This document shows positions 9,289-20,182 of a stretch of DNA of 64,000 bases, one piece after another (positions within the stretch are counted from its first letter, which is position 1; each line of letters starts with the position of its first letter). Under the pieces are notes generated by a model that saw only the letters and a list, made by a program, of their open reading frames with translations, was not told the origin of the DNA and ran no database searches. This DNA is from Eubacteriales bacterium (GTDB lineage Bacteria > Bacillota > Clostridia > Oscillospirales > CAG-272): the NCBI GenBank assembly GCA_045632065.1, contig JAZQWA010000045.1:794-64793 (forward strand), read 5' to 3'. Both the position numbers and the translations under genes were made by a program.

Positions 9289-11430
9289 TTATGATATAGA
9301 TGACGACATAATTTTTATACGTCTGTCAACCTCTGCACGAAGCTTTTCGTGCTCCGGCAGGGAAAGAGTAGAGTCGGTATCGATAATTGCTTTTGCAACG
9401 CTAAATGCTGAATTGAACAAATCGTAATTGTCACACATAGAAGCAAATTTGAAATCAAAACCGCCGCTCTGCCTTAAATTATTATCCGAAACCGAAGAAA
9501 AGAAATCTCCAGGACCTCGTAACAATAAATCCTTTTCAGCTATTTCATAGCCGTCGTAGGTGGTACGCATTACCTCTAATCTATCTCTTGATTTCGGGGA
9601 ATTTATATCCGAAACAAGAACACAATAAGACTTTCTTGTGCCTCTTCCTACTCTGCCACGAAGCTGATGAAGCTGAGAGAGACCGAATCTTTCAGCGTTT
9701 TCAACAATTATTAGTGATGCGTTGGGAACATTGACTCCAACCTCAATTACGGTTGTTGAGACCAGGACATCATAGTTTCCTCTTGAAAAATCTGACATAA
9801 TAGCATCTTTTTCAACCGCCTTCATTTTTCCGTGAAGAACCGCAATCTTGAGGTGAGGAAGCGCCTCTCTCAATTCTTGCGCATATTCCACTGCGTTTTT
9901 CAGATTCAGGGAATTCTCGGGTATCATTTCCGAACTGAGACTCTCTCTGATATATGCATCAACGTCATCCTCGGTGTTTTCAATTGCAGGGCAGACAACA
10001 TAGCATTGACCGCCTAATTTAATCTGCTTGGAAATGAAGTCGTTAAGTCTTGTCCTATATCCCTCGTTAACTACAAAAGTATCAACGCGCTGACGTCCCT
10101 TTGGCATATCAGTAATTTTCGATATATCAAGGTCACCGTACATTGTCAATGCCAAGGTTCTTGGAATAGGGGTTGCGCTCATTACAAGAAGATGGGCGCT
10201 TTCGGATTTTTCCTTTAATTTTGCTCTTTGAGCAACTCCGAAGCGATGCTGCTCGTCTGTTATAACAAGCCCAAGCTTGTCAAATGTTACGTCGTCTGTT
10301 ATCAAGGCATGAGTTCCTATTATGACGTCAATTTCACTATTTTTCAGAGCTTGCTTAATGCGTGCCTTTTCCTTTTGCGTTGTTGAGCCGATAAGAAGCT
10401 CGACTTGGACACCGAGCCCTCCAAGAAGCTCCTTTAAATCGTCATAATGCTGTCTTGCGAGTAGTTCGGTGGGAACCATGAGGGCAGATTGATAACCAGA
10501 TTTTGCGCAAATGTAAATTGCAGCAGCGGCGCAGACCGTTTTACCGCATCCAACGTCACCGACAATAATTCTTGCCATGGGCGAGATTTTACCATCCTTG
10601 CCAATCACGGTATCGCGGTAAACCTCGTTGATAGCCTGCTTCTGTGAGCCTGTTAATTCATAGGGTAAAAGGGAAGTGAACGGGGTAAGATCGCATGGCG
10701 AAAAACGTATTCCCTCGCCCTTGCTTTTTGTTGAAGCAGATAGCGAAATACCCAATCCGAAATAAAGCATTTCATCAAAGGCAAGCCTTGTAAGAGATTT
10801 AGATAATGCTTCATCACTTTCGGGGAAATGGGCATTTTTTATTGAAAAGCTCAATGTTGGTAATTGGTTGTCAATTCGAATTTTATCGGGAATTGGGTCG
10901 ATAATATCGGGCAGAACATCGTTTATAGCCGATTTTATGAGCTTGTCAATTATCTTCGAGCTAAGTCCGTCGGACAGCGGATAGACGGGTACGTAATCTG
11001 CAAGTGCAACTCCTTCGACGTAAGGCTCAAATTTGGGATTGGTTAACTGCAGCTTGTTTTTAAGGAAGGATGCTTTTCCCCAAAATCTGAATGTTGAACC
11101 AACGTGAAAAACGTCCTTTACGTAAGGTGAATTGAAGAAGGTAATTTCAACCGAGCCGCTTTCATCAAATGCTCGGAATTTTGATACAGTAAGTCCGTTT
11201 CTGATACGGTTTTGTCTTACCTCGGTTGCAACCGTCAATATGTATGCGCAGGGAATTGCTTCATCATATTTCGCAAGTGGGCGCACGTCGCCTCTTTTTT
11301 CATATGCGCGGGGGAAATAATATATCAGATCGCCAACGGTCATAACGCCAAGCTTGTTAAATTGCGCAGCGCGAGTTTTTCCAACGCCTGAAAGGGCAGT
11401 TATAGGCGTATTTAGCGTAAGTCTTGACAT
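9289..11430 (-). CDS. recG: ATP-dependent DNA helicase RecG
   Basis: Wedge/OB N-terminus, GDVGCGKT helicase motif I, DEQHRFG motif II, and QLHQLRGRVGRG. Confidence 0.95.
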   Translation of the reverse strand: MSRLTLNTPITALSGVGKTRAAQFNKLGVMTVGDLIYYFPRAYEKRGDVRPLAKYDEAIPCAYILTVATEVRQNRIRNGLTVSKFRAFDESGSVEITFFNSPYVKDVFHVGSTFRFWGKASFLKNKLQLTNPKFEPYVEGVALADYVPVYPLSDGLSSKIIDKLIKSAINDVLPDIIDPIPDKIRIDNQLPTLSFSIKNAHFPESDEALSKSLTRLAFDEMLYFGLGISLSASTKSKGEGIRFSPCDLTPFTSLLPYELTGSQKQAINEVYRDTVIGKDGKISPMARIIVGDVGCGKTVCAAAAIYICAKSGYQSALMVPTELLARQHYDDLKELLGGLGVQVELLIGSTTQKEKARIKQALKNSEIDVIIGTHALITDDVTFDKLGLVITDEQHRFGVAQRAKLKEKSESAHLLVMSATPIPRTLALTMYGDLDISKITDMPKGRQRVDTFVVNEGYRTRLNDFISKQIKLGGQCYVVCPAIENTEDDVDAYIRESLSSEMIPENSLNLKNAVEYAQELREALPHLKIAVLHGKMKAVEKDAIMSDFSRGNYDVLVSTTVIEVGVNVPNASLIIVENAERFGLSQLHQLRGRVGRGTRKSYCVLVSDINSPKSRDRLEVMRTTYDGYEIAEKDLLLRGPGDFFSSVSDNNLRQSGGFDFKFASMCDNYDLFNSAFSVAKAIIDTDSTLSLPEHEKLRAEVDRRIKIMSSSIS

Positions 11431-11536
11431 ATTATACCTCCTTTTAAAAAATCACTTCTATTCTACAACATTTTAACAAATTTTGCAATAACAAATTATA
11501 AAAAGTTATAATTTTAATTAAAATAATAAAAAAAAT

Positions 11537-11566
11537 CTTTACAAAAATATTTTAATGTGATATAAT
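11537..11566 (+). promoter_or_regulatory. Sigma-70-type promoter for the yybS-gdpP-rplI-dnaB operon
   Basis: TTTACA, 18 bp spacer, TGaTATAAT (extended -10). Confidence 0.5.
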
Positions 11567-11595
11567 GATATGAAAATTGTTTTTTGGGAGAAAAA

Positions 11596-12579
11596 ATGAA
11601 AGTTAATTTAAACGATAAGTTATCCGCTAAAAAGACTCTTTTGATTTTATCTCTTTTTGCTATATTTACTGCTTTGCTTTGCGTAATTCTTAGCGATATT
11701 TTGCATCCTGTGTTGGTTGCATTACTCGCGGCGTTGCTTTGCTTTGATCAGGGTACAAAGAAAATTTATGCTTATTCAACGGTTGCTGCCGTTTTGGCGA
11801 TTAACATAATAGGATGCTTTTTTATAGGTCAATTTCTGATGTTTTGGGGCGTTTATGCTCTTATACTTGCATTTGTGATTTACAGATTTGCCTCCAAGGG
11901 CAAGAGTAAAATGGAGTGCGTCTTTATCAGCACGATTCTTTACTCGGCATTTATTATCATTTCCTTTGTGATTTTTGCAATGATTCAATGTGGCGAGGCA
12001 AGTCTTGATGCTGTATCGCAATATTATTCTCAGGTTATCGAGAATCTAAGAGTAATTTTTGTTGACAATATGTATGCGAATATATCAGAGGCTTACGCGG
12101 GTACAGAGCTTGCGCTTTCGCCAGAAATGTTATCACAGGCTTTTGACATGGTTATCAGCAACATTATTTCCTTTGTTTTTATCAGCGGGTTTATATGCGC
12201 CGGAATTGCTTTTAAAATTTTTACGGCAACAACCCTCAGATATGCCGAGGATAAGGAATACATTTTAAACTGGCGCTTTGCTACCCCCAGTCTTTATGCA
12301 TACTTCTACTTGATTTTAATAGTTGTTTCGCTCTTTACCGCTTCAGGAACAGGTGCTTTTGCGGTTTGCGTGTCTAATTTGTATAACATCTTCATGGTTG
12401 TTTATGCATATATCGGCTTTAATATCGTTCATGCATTCCTTGCAAGAAAGAGAAAGCCTGGCGGATCATTTATCATACTTCTGATTGTTACTGTTATATT
12501 CCTTAATTTTGCTCTTGAAATTCTTGCGATGATTGGCGCTTTTGGAACGATAAGGAAAAATAAAGAAATCACCGCTTAA
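11596..12579 (+). CDS. YybS-like integral membrane protein (DUF2232)
   Basis: Polytopic membrane protein directly upstream of gdpP-rplI-dnaB, the conserved Firmicute yybS position. Confidence 0.7.
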   Translation: MKVNLNDKLSAKKTLLILSLFAIFTALLCVILSDILHPVLVALLAALLCFDQGTKKIYAYSTVAAVLAINIIGCFFIGQFLMFWGVYALILAFVIYRFASKGKSKMECVFISTILYSAFIIISFVIFAMIQCGEASLDAVSQYYSQVIENLRVIFVDNMYANISEAYAGTELALSPEMLSQAFDMVISNIISFVFISGFICAGIAFKIFTATTLRYAEDKEYILNWRFATPSLYAYFYLILIVVSLFTASGTGAFAVCVSNLYNIFMVVYAYIGFNIVHAFLARKRKPGGSFIILLIVTVIFLNFALEILAMIGAFGTIRKNKEITA

Positions 12580-12611
12580 TGCTTTATAAATCATAAGAAA
12601 GGAATCAGCTT

Positions 12612-14621
12612 ATGAAAAACGAAAATGAAAATAACAATTTGCATATCCCATACGCATCCCGACAGGATATGATCTTATATGCAGCTCTTGGAGTGCTTAA
12701 TATTGCGATAGTTGCACTGATATGTAAATTCCTTGAATTTATCGACCCCGTCTTTTCGGCTGTAATCGTAGGAATTATATATCTTTGCGAAATCGCGTTT
12801 ATAGGGCTCAGAAGAATTGCTAAATCTAAGGTTTATCCTGCAAAGAGCATACATGGTCTGCTTGGCGAGGAGGGAAGCGTTGTTTTTAAAAACTCAAAGT
12901 CTCCTATTATAATCTTTGATTTTCACGGCACAGTGCTCTGGTATAACGATGCCATGAGACAGTGCTTTGACCCCTATGAGAATTACATAGGTGAGAAGAT
13001 TTCTTCTGTTCTTGATTTTGATATGTCAGAGGTTGAGGCAGGTGATTGCAAGACATGCGTAAACGGTCGAAATTATCTCGTTGAGGGCTTTGTTGTTTCA
13101 AAAAATAATAATGGATTATACCTTGCGATGCTTCGCGACGTTACCGAGCTTCAGGCGCTTGAAAAAAGATATGCAGACGAAAGAGTTGCGGTTGCATATA
13201 TTGCCATCGATAACGTTGAAGACGTGCTTCAATACGTTCACGAGAAGTTTGCTGATGCTGTTTCCAGCATTGAGGACAAGCTTAAGTCATGGGCAGCCTC
13301 TATGAACGGCGTTATCAAGTCTTATGACAATGATAAATATATAATGTTCTTTGAGTCCAAGTATCTTGATGATTGTATTGCAAACAGATTTGAGATTCTT
13401 GACAGTATTCGTGATGCGAGAGTAGGCGACGGTGTTTCTATAACCGTTTCCATCGGTGTTTCCCGCAGGGGCGGAACTCTTTATGAAAGAGAGCTTGACG
13501 CCAGGGACGCTATCGATATGGCGCTTCAGCGAGGCGGTGACCAGGCTGTTTACAAGTCTGAAATTGAGACTGTTTACTTTGGAGGAAGAACCAAAACCGT
13601 TTATAAGCGTTCTAATGTTCGTTCAAGATCTTTTGCAAGCCAGTTGACCTCGCTTATGTCGCGATCCGACAACGTTATTATTATGGGCCATAGATACGGT
13701 GACTTTGACTCTATCGGCGCATCTGTTGGTGTTGCAAGACTTGCAATGCTTTGCGGTATTAAGGTTAATATTGCAATTGAGCTTAATGACAAGAACCTTC
13801 GTCCTTGTATTGAAATGATGCAGAAGACATCGCTTTATGAGCAGGTGTTCGTTGATAATGCCGATGGTCTTGACCTTATAGGTCCTGACACGCTTGTAGT
13901 CCTTGTTGACCATAACACTGTAACAAGAGCCCAGTTCTCTGATATCGCATCCAAGTCTAACAATATCGTTATTATCGACCATCACAGAAAGGTTGATAAT
14001 CTTTCGAATAATATCAAGCTTTCCTATATTGAGCCCTCAGCTTCTTCTACTTGCGAGCTTGTATCCGAAATGCTTGAAAGCGCTGTAAGCTCGCAGAATC
14101 TTCTGAAAGAGGAGGCTGATATTCTTCTTTCAGGTATATTGCTTGATACAAAGCAGTTTACAAGAAATACAGGAACTCGTACCTTTGGCGCAGCGCAGTA
14201 TTTACGTGGTGCGGGAGCGAATCCCACAGACGTTTATAATCTTTTCAAGACGGCGCCTGAGGATCTCTCCAAAGAGGCGAGATTCCATACATCTATTATG
14301 ATGTATAAGGATTGCATTGCGCTTGCATGCTGCGAGGGCGATACTGACGAGTCCTATCGTGTTATTGCTTCCAAGGCAGCGGATAAGATGCTCACCTTGC
14401 GCGGTGTATCGGCCGCATTTACATTGGTAAGAATAGGCGAACAGATTCATATTTCTGGTAGATCCGGCGGTAAAATTAACGTTCAGCTTATACTTGAAAA
14501 GCTTCGTGGAGGTGGACATTTCGACGTTGCTGGCGCTCAGGTTGTTTCTGACTCGATATTTGAGGTTCTTGAAACACTGAAGAAAAGCATTAATGAATAT
14601 CTTGAAAACAATCCTATTTGA
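12612..14621 (+). CDS. gdpP: Cyclic-di-AMP phosphodiesterase GdpP (TM, PAS, degenerate GGDEF, DHH/DHHA1)
   Basis: Two N-terminal TM helices, DHH motifs (VVLVDHN, IIDHHRK), GGGH (RGGGHFDVAGAQ), and conserved synteny. Confidence 0.9.
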   Translation: MKNENENNNLHIPYASRQDMILYAALGVLNIAIVALICKFLEFIDPVFSAVIVGIIYLCEIAFIGLRRIAKSKVYPAKSIHGLLGEEGSVVFKNSKSPIIIFDFHGTVLWYNDAMRQCFDPYENYIGEKISSVLDFDMSEVEAGDCKTCVNGRNYLVEGFVVSKNNNGLYLAMLRDVTELQALEKRYADERVAVAYIAIDNVEDVLQYVHEKFADAVSSIEDKLKSWAASMNGVIKSYDNDKYIMFFESKYLDDCIANRFEILDSIRDARVGDGVSITVSIGVSRRGGTLYERELDARDAIDMALQRGGDQAVYKSEIETVYFGGRTKTVYKRSNVRSRSFASQLTSLMSRSDNVIIMGHRYGDFDSIGASVGVARLAMLCGIKVNIAIELNDKNLRPCIEMMQKTSLYEQVFVDNADGLDLIGPDTLVVLVDHNTVTRAQFSDIASKSNNIVIIDHHRKVDNLSNNIKLSYIEPSASSTCELVSEMLESAVSSQNLLKEEADILLSGILLDTKQFTRNTGTRTFGAAQYLRGAGANPTDVYNLFKTAPEDLSKEARFHTSIMMYKDCIALACCEGDTDESYRVIASKAADKMLTLRGVSAAFTLVRIGEQIHISGRSGGKINVQLILEKLRGGGHFDVAGAQVVSDSIFEVLETLKKSINEYLENNPI

Positions 14622-14649
14622 TAAGGTTTAATTTGATTGGAGAAATACA

Positions 14650-15093
14650 ATGAAGGTTATATTACTTTGTGACGTAAAGGGACAGGGAAAAAAGGATCAG
14701 ATAGTTGAGGTTTCCGACGGATACGCCAGAAATTTCCTTTTCCCTCAGAAAAAGGCTGTGCCTGCTGATGCAAAGGCAACCAATGAGCTGAAAAATAAAG
14801 AGGAAGCAAGACAGTTCAAAATTAACGAGGACAGAAAGGCTGCCCAGGCTCTTGCTGCGAAAATCAACGATGTTGAGATTGAGATTGTTATGGGACACGG
14901 ACAGGATGGCAGACTCTACGGCTCTGTTACTGCCAAGGATATTGCTGAGGAGCTTGGTAAGCGACTTGGTATAGACGTTGATAAGCGTAAAATTCAGATG
15001 AAGGACAATATCAAGGCGTACGGCAAGTATACCGTTGAGCTTAAAATCCTTGCTGATATCAGCGCAAAATTCGTTGTTTACGTACACGAATAA
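14650..15093 (+). CDS. rplI: 50S ribosomal protein L9
   Basis: [36 protein letters not shown]. Confidence 0.97.
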   Translation: MKVILLCDVKGQGKKDQIVEVSDGYARNFLFPQKKAVPADAKATNELKNKEEARQFKINEDRKAAQALAAKINDVEIEIVMGHGQDGRLYGSVTAKDIAEELGKRLGIDVDKRKIQMKDNIKAYGKYTVELKILADISAKFVVYVHE

Positions 15094-15123
15094 ACAAAAT
15101 TACTCTTGAAAGGAAGAAGCGAA

Positions 15124-16491
15124 ATGGATAGCGGAAGCAGTTTGATGAGACAGATGCCTGTTTCTATTGAAGCAGAGCAGGCATTGCTCGGTTCTATAAT
15201 CGTTAATCCAGATTCTTTTGATAAAATCGGCGGAATAATTTCTGCAGATGATTTTTACGTTGAGGAACATAAGCATATTTACAGCGCTCTTGTCAAAATG
15301 TACGTTCAGAACAAAACTATTGACATTGTTACTCTTGTTAATACGTTGGTTGAGATGGGTGACCGTGACGAAGCGGGTGGAGTACAGTATATCACTCTTA
15401 TCGCTGAGAGCGTTCCTTCTGCTGCAAATATCAAGGATTATGCAAAAATTGTTAAGGACAAGTCAACGTTAAGACGCCTTATCAATGTTTGCGATGAAAT
15501 CAACGAGGATGCTTATAACGAGAATGATGTTAGATTTGTGGTAGATAATGCTGAGCAGAAAATTTTTGACATCTCTCATAATAATGATGCAAAGGAGTTC
15601 AGACACATCAGAGACGTTCTGCAGAACGTGTACAAAGATATTGAAACTCTTGCTGAAACCAAGGGAGCGGTTACAGGCGCCAAGACAGGATTCTCAGGAC
15701 TTGACCGCATGCTTGTTCAGATGGGTAAGGGCGATTTGATTATCCTCGGTGCCCGTCCCGGTATGGGTAAGACCGCCTTTGCGCTTAACATCGCAACAAA
15801 CGTTGCCAAGGCGACTAAAAAATCTGTTGCCATATTCTCTCTCGAGATGTCTGCAGAGCAGCTTGTTACGAGAATTGTTTCAAGTGAAGCCATGGTTGAC
15901 TCTCATAGCCTTCGTACAGGACAGCTTGTGAGCGCCGATTGGGATAATATTGCAGAGGTTATTTCATCATTGTCGGGATGCGATATTTATATTGATGACA
16001 CCTCGGCTATAACTACCACCGAAATGAAATCAAAGCTCAGACGACTTCCTAACCTTGGACTTGTTGTCATTGACTATATCGGTCTTATGCAGACAACCTC
16101 TAATAGCGACAACAGAGCTCAGCAGGTTGGTGAAATTTCACGAAATTTAAAGATTATGGCAAAGGATATGGGCGTTCCCTTTATTTGCTGCGCCCAGCTT
16201 AACCGTGGTACCGAGGCAAGACAGGGCGTAGGCAAGAAGCCTACTCTTGCAGACCTCAGAGACTCGGGTTCTATTGAGCAGGATGCCGATATAGTGCTTT
16301 TCCTTTACCGTGATGAGTATTATAAGAATATAAGCGGTACAGAGGACACTGAGGAGGCCGCAGACAGTGCCAACGTTGCCGAGGTAATTGTTGCAAAGAA
16401 CCGTCATGGCTCTGTTGGTAATATAAAAATGGGCTGGATTGGTCAGTTCACCAAATTCAGAACTCTTGAAGACGACCACGGCGATGCATGA
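15124..16491 (+). CDS. dnaB: Replicative DNA helicase (DnaB family)
   Basis: PVSIEAEQALLGSII, GARPGMGKTAFALN Walker A, and RDSGSIEQDADIV. The ATG at 15124 follows an AAGGAAG RBS. Confidence 0.95.
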   Translation: MDSGSSLMRQMPVSIEAEQALLGSIIVNPDSFDKIGGIISADDFYVEEHKHIYSALVKMYVQNKTIDIVTLVNTLVEMGDRDEAGGVQYITLIAESVPSAANIKDYAKIVKDKSTLRRLINVCDEINEDAYNENDVRFVVDNAEQKIFDISHNNDAKEFRHIRDVLQNVYKDIETLAETKGAVTGAKTGFSGLDRMLVQMGKGDLIILGARPGMGKTAFALNIATNVAKATKKSVAIFSLEMSAEQLVTRIVSSEAMVDSHSLRTGQLVSADWDNIAEVISSLSGCDIYIDDTSAITTTEMKSKLRRLPNLGLVVIDYIGLMQTTSNSDNRAQQVGEISRNLKIMAKDMGVPFICCAQLNRGTEARQGVGKKPTLADLRDSGSIEQDADIVLFLYRDEYYKNISGTEDTEEAADSANVAEVIVAKNRHGSVGNIKMGWIGQFTKFRTLEDDHGDA

Positions 16492-17926
16492 TAAAATTTC
16501 AAGACTTTTTTCTTCAGAAAAGGGAAAAAGAATATTTAATCTGATGCTCAAAACCATTGAAGATTATTCAATGAGGGAGTATTTTGATAGAGGAATTCTT
16601 ATCGGATTATCAGGTGGAGCTGATTCTGTTATGCTTCTATGCTTTTTTGTAGAGTATAGAAAGCATTATGGAGATTTTCCTCTGCTTGCGGTACATGTTA
16701 ATCACGGTATTCGCGGTAATGATGCCGATATGGACGAGATTTTTTCGAAAAATCTTTGCTGTGAGCTTGGAGTAGACTTTTTATCTAAAAAAGTAGACGT
16801 TCCAACTCAGGCAAGATTAGATAAAATTGGAACAGAAGAATGCGCACGAAACATGCGTTATCTTGAATTTGGCAAGATAATATCGGGCAGAGAAGATATC
16901 GGTTGTATCGCAGTTGCTCATAATGCAGACGATAACCTGGAAACCGTACTTCTTAATATATTTAGAGGTAGCGGCTCACGTGGCGCTGCCGGAATCCCTC
17001 CTATCAGAGATAATATCGTCAGACCTTTAATTAAAGTTACTAAACAAGAAATTGTTGATACGCTTAGTTCTGCTGACATTCCATACGTGACCGATATAAC
17101 TAATTTCAGCAATGATTATAAGCGTAATTTTATAAGGAATGAAATTGCGCCTAAACTTGCTGAAATATCTCAAAATCCGGCTATAATGGTTGGCAGAATG
17201 TCTGACAATTTACGTTCAGACGATGACTTTATCAATATTTGCGCACTCGAATTTATTGACTCTCACGAAAAGATATTAAATTATGAATTGCTTGCGCTTC
17301 ATAAGTCGCTCAGAGCAAGAGTTGTTACAAAAATGACTGAAAATAAGGGAATTTCCTTATCAAGTGTTAATTTTGATAACCTCTATGAGCTGCTTCAAAA
17401 TGATAATTTTTCGTATTCTTTGCCGGGAAATTATGTTTTTAAGTGCGAAAGAGGTATTTGCTCGGTTATATGCTCTGATAATCTTTCTGTAGAGGATTAC
17501 TGTATTCCTGTTTTTGATGGCAAAAATGTTGTTTCAAAATTTGACAGTGAGTTTTATATTTCGCGTGATAGATCAGATAAGAGTTCTTTAAATATTTACA
17601 AATTATCAATACAAGCTGATATTTCATCTGCTATAATTGAAGGAGAGTTATATCTGAGGCCTAAAAAAGATGGTGACACGGTATTTTACGGTGGTATGAC
17701 TCATAAGATGAAAAAGTTATACAATGATAGGAAGATTCCGATTAGCGTAAGGCCTTTTATCCCCTTGTTATGCGATGACAAGGGAGTTGTTTGGGCTCCC
17801 GGCTTTGGCGTCAGAGACGACAGAGGGGAAAATAGGGATAATTTCAGCAGGTTCGCAACACTTTGCATCGGTTTGTCCGATGAATTTTGTGACCTAAGAT
17901 TTTATTCAGGCTCGGAATTCAGATAA
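16484..17926 (+). CDS. tilS: tRNA(Ile)-lysidine synthase TilS
   Basis: PP-loop LSGGADSVMLL. The ATG at 16484 overlaps the dnaB stop. Confidence 0.88.
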   Translation: MHDKISRLFSSEKGKRIFNLMLKTIEDYSMREYFDRGILIGLSGGADSVMLLCFFVEYRKHYGDFPLLAVHVNHGIRGNDADMDEIFSKNLCCELGVDFLSKKVDVPTQARLDKIGTEECARNMRYLEFGKIISGREDIGCIAVAHNADDNLETVLLNIFRGSGSRGAAGIPPIRDNIVRPLIKVTKQEIVDTLSSADIPYVTDITNFSNDYKRNFIRNEIAPKLAEISQNPAIMVGRMSDNLRSDDDFINICALEFIDSHEKILNYELLALHKSLRARVVTKMTENKGISLSSVNFDNLYELLQNDNFSYSLPGNYVFKCERGICSVICSDNLSVEDYCIPVFDGKNVVSKFDSEFYISRDRSDKSSLNIYKLSIQADISSAIIEGELYLRPKKDGDTVFYGGMTHKMKKLYNDRKIPISVRPFIPLLCDDKGVVWAPGFGVRDDRGENRDNFSRFATLCIGLSDEFCDLRFYSGSEFR

Positions 17927-17990
17927 TAAAACGTTTGACTTTTGAAAATAATATATATGGTTTGGTTTAGAAAGGCGTGATTGATACCTA

Positions 17991-20108
17991 ATGAAGGCAA
18001 ATTTTAAAAGTATACTGATATTGCTGATTATTGTCGGAATCGTTATCGTTGGCGCTTCTTACTTTATGGGTGAGGGCAAAAACGATGAGGAGTTCACATA
18101 TAGCAATCTTGTCGATTTGTTTGAACAGGATCTAGTAAGGGATTTTGTTGTAGATGAAGAGGCTACTATAAAGCTTAATAGAATATTTAGAAATGCAGAT
18201 GGAAGTCTTGTGTACAACGATGACGGAAATCTCAAGGTCGAGGAGCTTACCTATACCTTTAGCTATGAGCTGCAACTTTACAGAATTATGGATATTGTCG
18301 AAAGTGGCAATAACAGAAATCTTAAAAGCTACGATTTTACTCCCGCAGAGGAAACACCGTGGTATATCCTATACTTGCCATACATTCTTACCGCTGTTAT
18401 TTTCATAGGACTCACAATATTCCTTATGAAGCAGACCTCTGCAGGTGCAGCAGGCGGTAAAATGGGCGGCTTTGCAAAATCCAAGGCGAAGGTTATCACT
18501 AATGATAAAAATGCCGTAAAATTTGCGGATGTTGCAGGCGCGGATGAGGAAAAAGCTGAGCTCGAAGAAGTTGTTGAATTCCTTAAGGACCCTGCAAAGT
18601 TTGTTAAGCTTGGCGCAAGAATTCCCCGAGGTGTTCTCCTTGTAGGCCCTCCCGGTACAGGTAAAACACTTCTTGCCAAGGCTGTTGCGGGCGAGGCGGG
18701 TGTTCCGTTCTTCTCAATTTCCGGTTCTGATTTCGTTGAAATGTACGTTGGTGTTGGTGCATCGAGAGTAAGAGACCTCTTTGATAACGCAAGAAAGACA
18801 CCTGCAAGCATTATATTTATTGATGAGATTGATGCTGTTGGACGTCACAGGGGCGCAGGCCTTGGAGGCGGTCACGATGAAAGAGAGCAGACCTTGAACC
18901 AGCTTCTCGTTGAGATGGACGGTTTCGGTACTAACTCGGGCGTTATTGTTATGGCGGCAACAAACCGTCCTGACATTCTTGACCCCGCGCTTCTTCGTCC
19001 CGGTCGTTTTGACAGACGAGTTACAGTTAATTATCCCGATATTAAGGGTAGAGAAGAGATTCTTAAAGTTCATTGCCGTAATAAGCCCCTTGAGGAAACG
19101 GTTGATCTTAAGAAAATTGCCCAGACGACTATTGGCTTTACAGGCGCAGAGCTTGCAAATCTTATGAATGAAGCAGCTCTTCGCGCTGCCAAGAATAATA
19201 AGGCTCTTATCGGTATGAAGGATATTGAGGAATCTTATATGAAGATTATCCTTGGCCCTCAGAAGAAGAGCAAGGTTCGTACAGAGGCAGATAATAAGCT
19301 TTGCGCTTATCACGAGGCAGGTCACGCAGTTGCATCCTACTTCTGCAAGAATACTGATCCTATCAAGCATATAACCATTATTCCCGCGGGAAATGCCGGC
19401 GGTGTTACCGTGAGTGTTCCTACCGAGGACAGAATGGGTATGTCGAAGAACGAAATGCTTGACATCATTGTTCGCGCACTTGGCGGCAGAGTTGCAGAGG
19501 AGATTGTGCTTGATGATATTTCCACAGGCGCATCAGGTGATATTCAGCAGGCGACAAAGATTGCTCGCAACATGGTTACACGTTACGGTATGAGCGATAA
19601 GCTGGGAATGGTTCTTTATGGCTCAGAGCATTCTTCCGACGAGGTGTTCCTCGGCAGAGACTTCTCCTCCGGTAAGAATTATTCTGAAAAAACTGCATCC
19701 GAGATTGATGATGAAATTCGCGGTATAATCGGTGATTGCTACGCAAGATGTAAAGAAATCCTTACATCTAACATCGATAAGCTTCATTTTGTTGCTGAAT
19801 TCCTTCTCAAAAACGAGTCTATGGATGAGGAACAGTTTAAGGCCGCTATGGAGATGAACAATCCTACCGTCGAATCTATCGAAGACATTGCCTTCCGCAA
19901 AAATCAGAAGAGTGAGGAAGAAAACATCACCGCTCAGAAGAAGAACGAAAAGGAAGAGGAAGAAAAGCGTCTTCGCCAGGAGGAGCTTGCAAAGAGAATG
20001 GCTAACGGCGAAGAGCTTACGGACGATGTTTTGGCTGATATATTTGAAAAGAAATTTACAGCTAAAGCAGATGACGAAGAAACCGATAAAAAAGACGAAA
20101 ATCAATAA
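17991..20108 (+). CDS. ftsH: ATP-dependent zinc metalloprotease FtsH
   Basis: Two TM helices, [13 protein letters not shown], second region of homology, HEAGHA zinc site, and an acidic/lysine-rich tail. Confidence 0.97.
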   Translation: MKANFKSILILLIIVGIVIVGASYFMGEGKNDEEFTYSNLVDLFEQDLVRDFVVDEEATIKLNRIFRNADGSLVYNDDGNLKVEELTYTFSYELQLYRIMDIVESGNNRNLKSYDFTPAEETPWYILYLPYILTAVIFIGLTIFLMKQTSAGAAGGKMGGFAKSKAKVITNDKNAVKFADVAGADEEKAELEEVVEFLKDPAKFVKLGARIPRGVLLVGPPGTGKTLLAKAVAGEAGVPFFSISGSDFVEMYVGVGASRVRDLFDNARKTPASIIFIDEIDAVGRHRGAGLGGGHDEREQTLNQLLVEMDGFGTNSGVIVMAATNRPDILDPALLRPGRFDRRVTVNYPDIKGREEILKVHCRNKPLEETVDLKKIAQTTIGFTGAELANLMNEAALRAAKNNKALIGMKDIEESYMKIILGPQKKSKVRTEADNKLCAYHEAGHAVASYFCKNTDPIKHITIIPAGNAGGVTVSVPTEDRMGMSKNEMLDIIVRALGGRVAEEIVLDDISTGASGDIQQATKIARNMVTRYGMSDKLGMVLYGSEHSSDEVFLGRDFSSGKNYSEKTASEIDDEIRGIIGDCYARCKEILTSNIDKLHFVAEFLLKNESMDEEQFKAAMEMNNPTVESIEDIAFRKNQKSEEENITAQKKNEKEEEEKRLRQEELAKRMANGEELTDDVLADIFEKKFTAKADDEETDKKDENQ

Positions 20109-20111
20109 AAT

Positions 20112-20141
20112 AAATCCCCCGATTTTATTCGGGGGATTTTC
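20112..20141 (+). terminator. ftsH intrinsic terminator
   Basis: AATCCCCCGA/TCGGGGGATT stem followed by a T-run. Confidence 0.75.
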
Positions 20142-20146
20142 ATATA

Positions 20147-20180
20147 ATAAATAACGCCGTTCAAACGAACGGCGTTATTG
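20147..20180 (-). terminator. Terminator of the decarboxylase operon
   Basis: 13-bp stem AATAACGCCGTTC/GAACGGCGTTATT with a 4-nt loop. Confidence 0.7.
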
Positions 20181-20182
20181 CA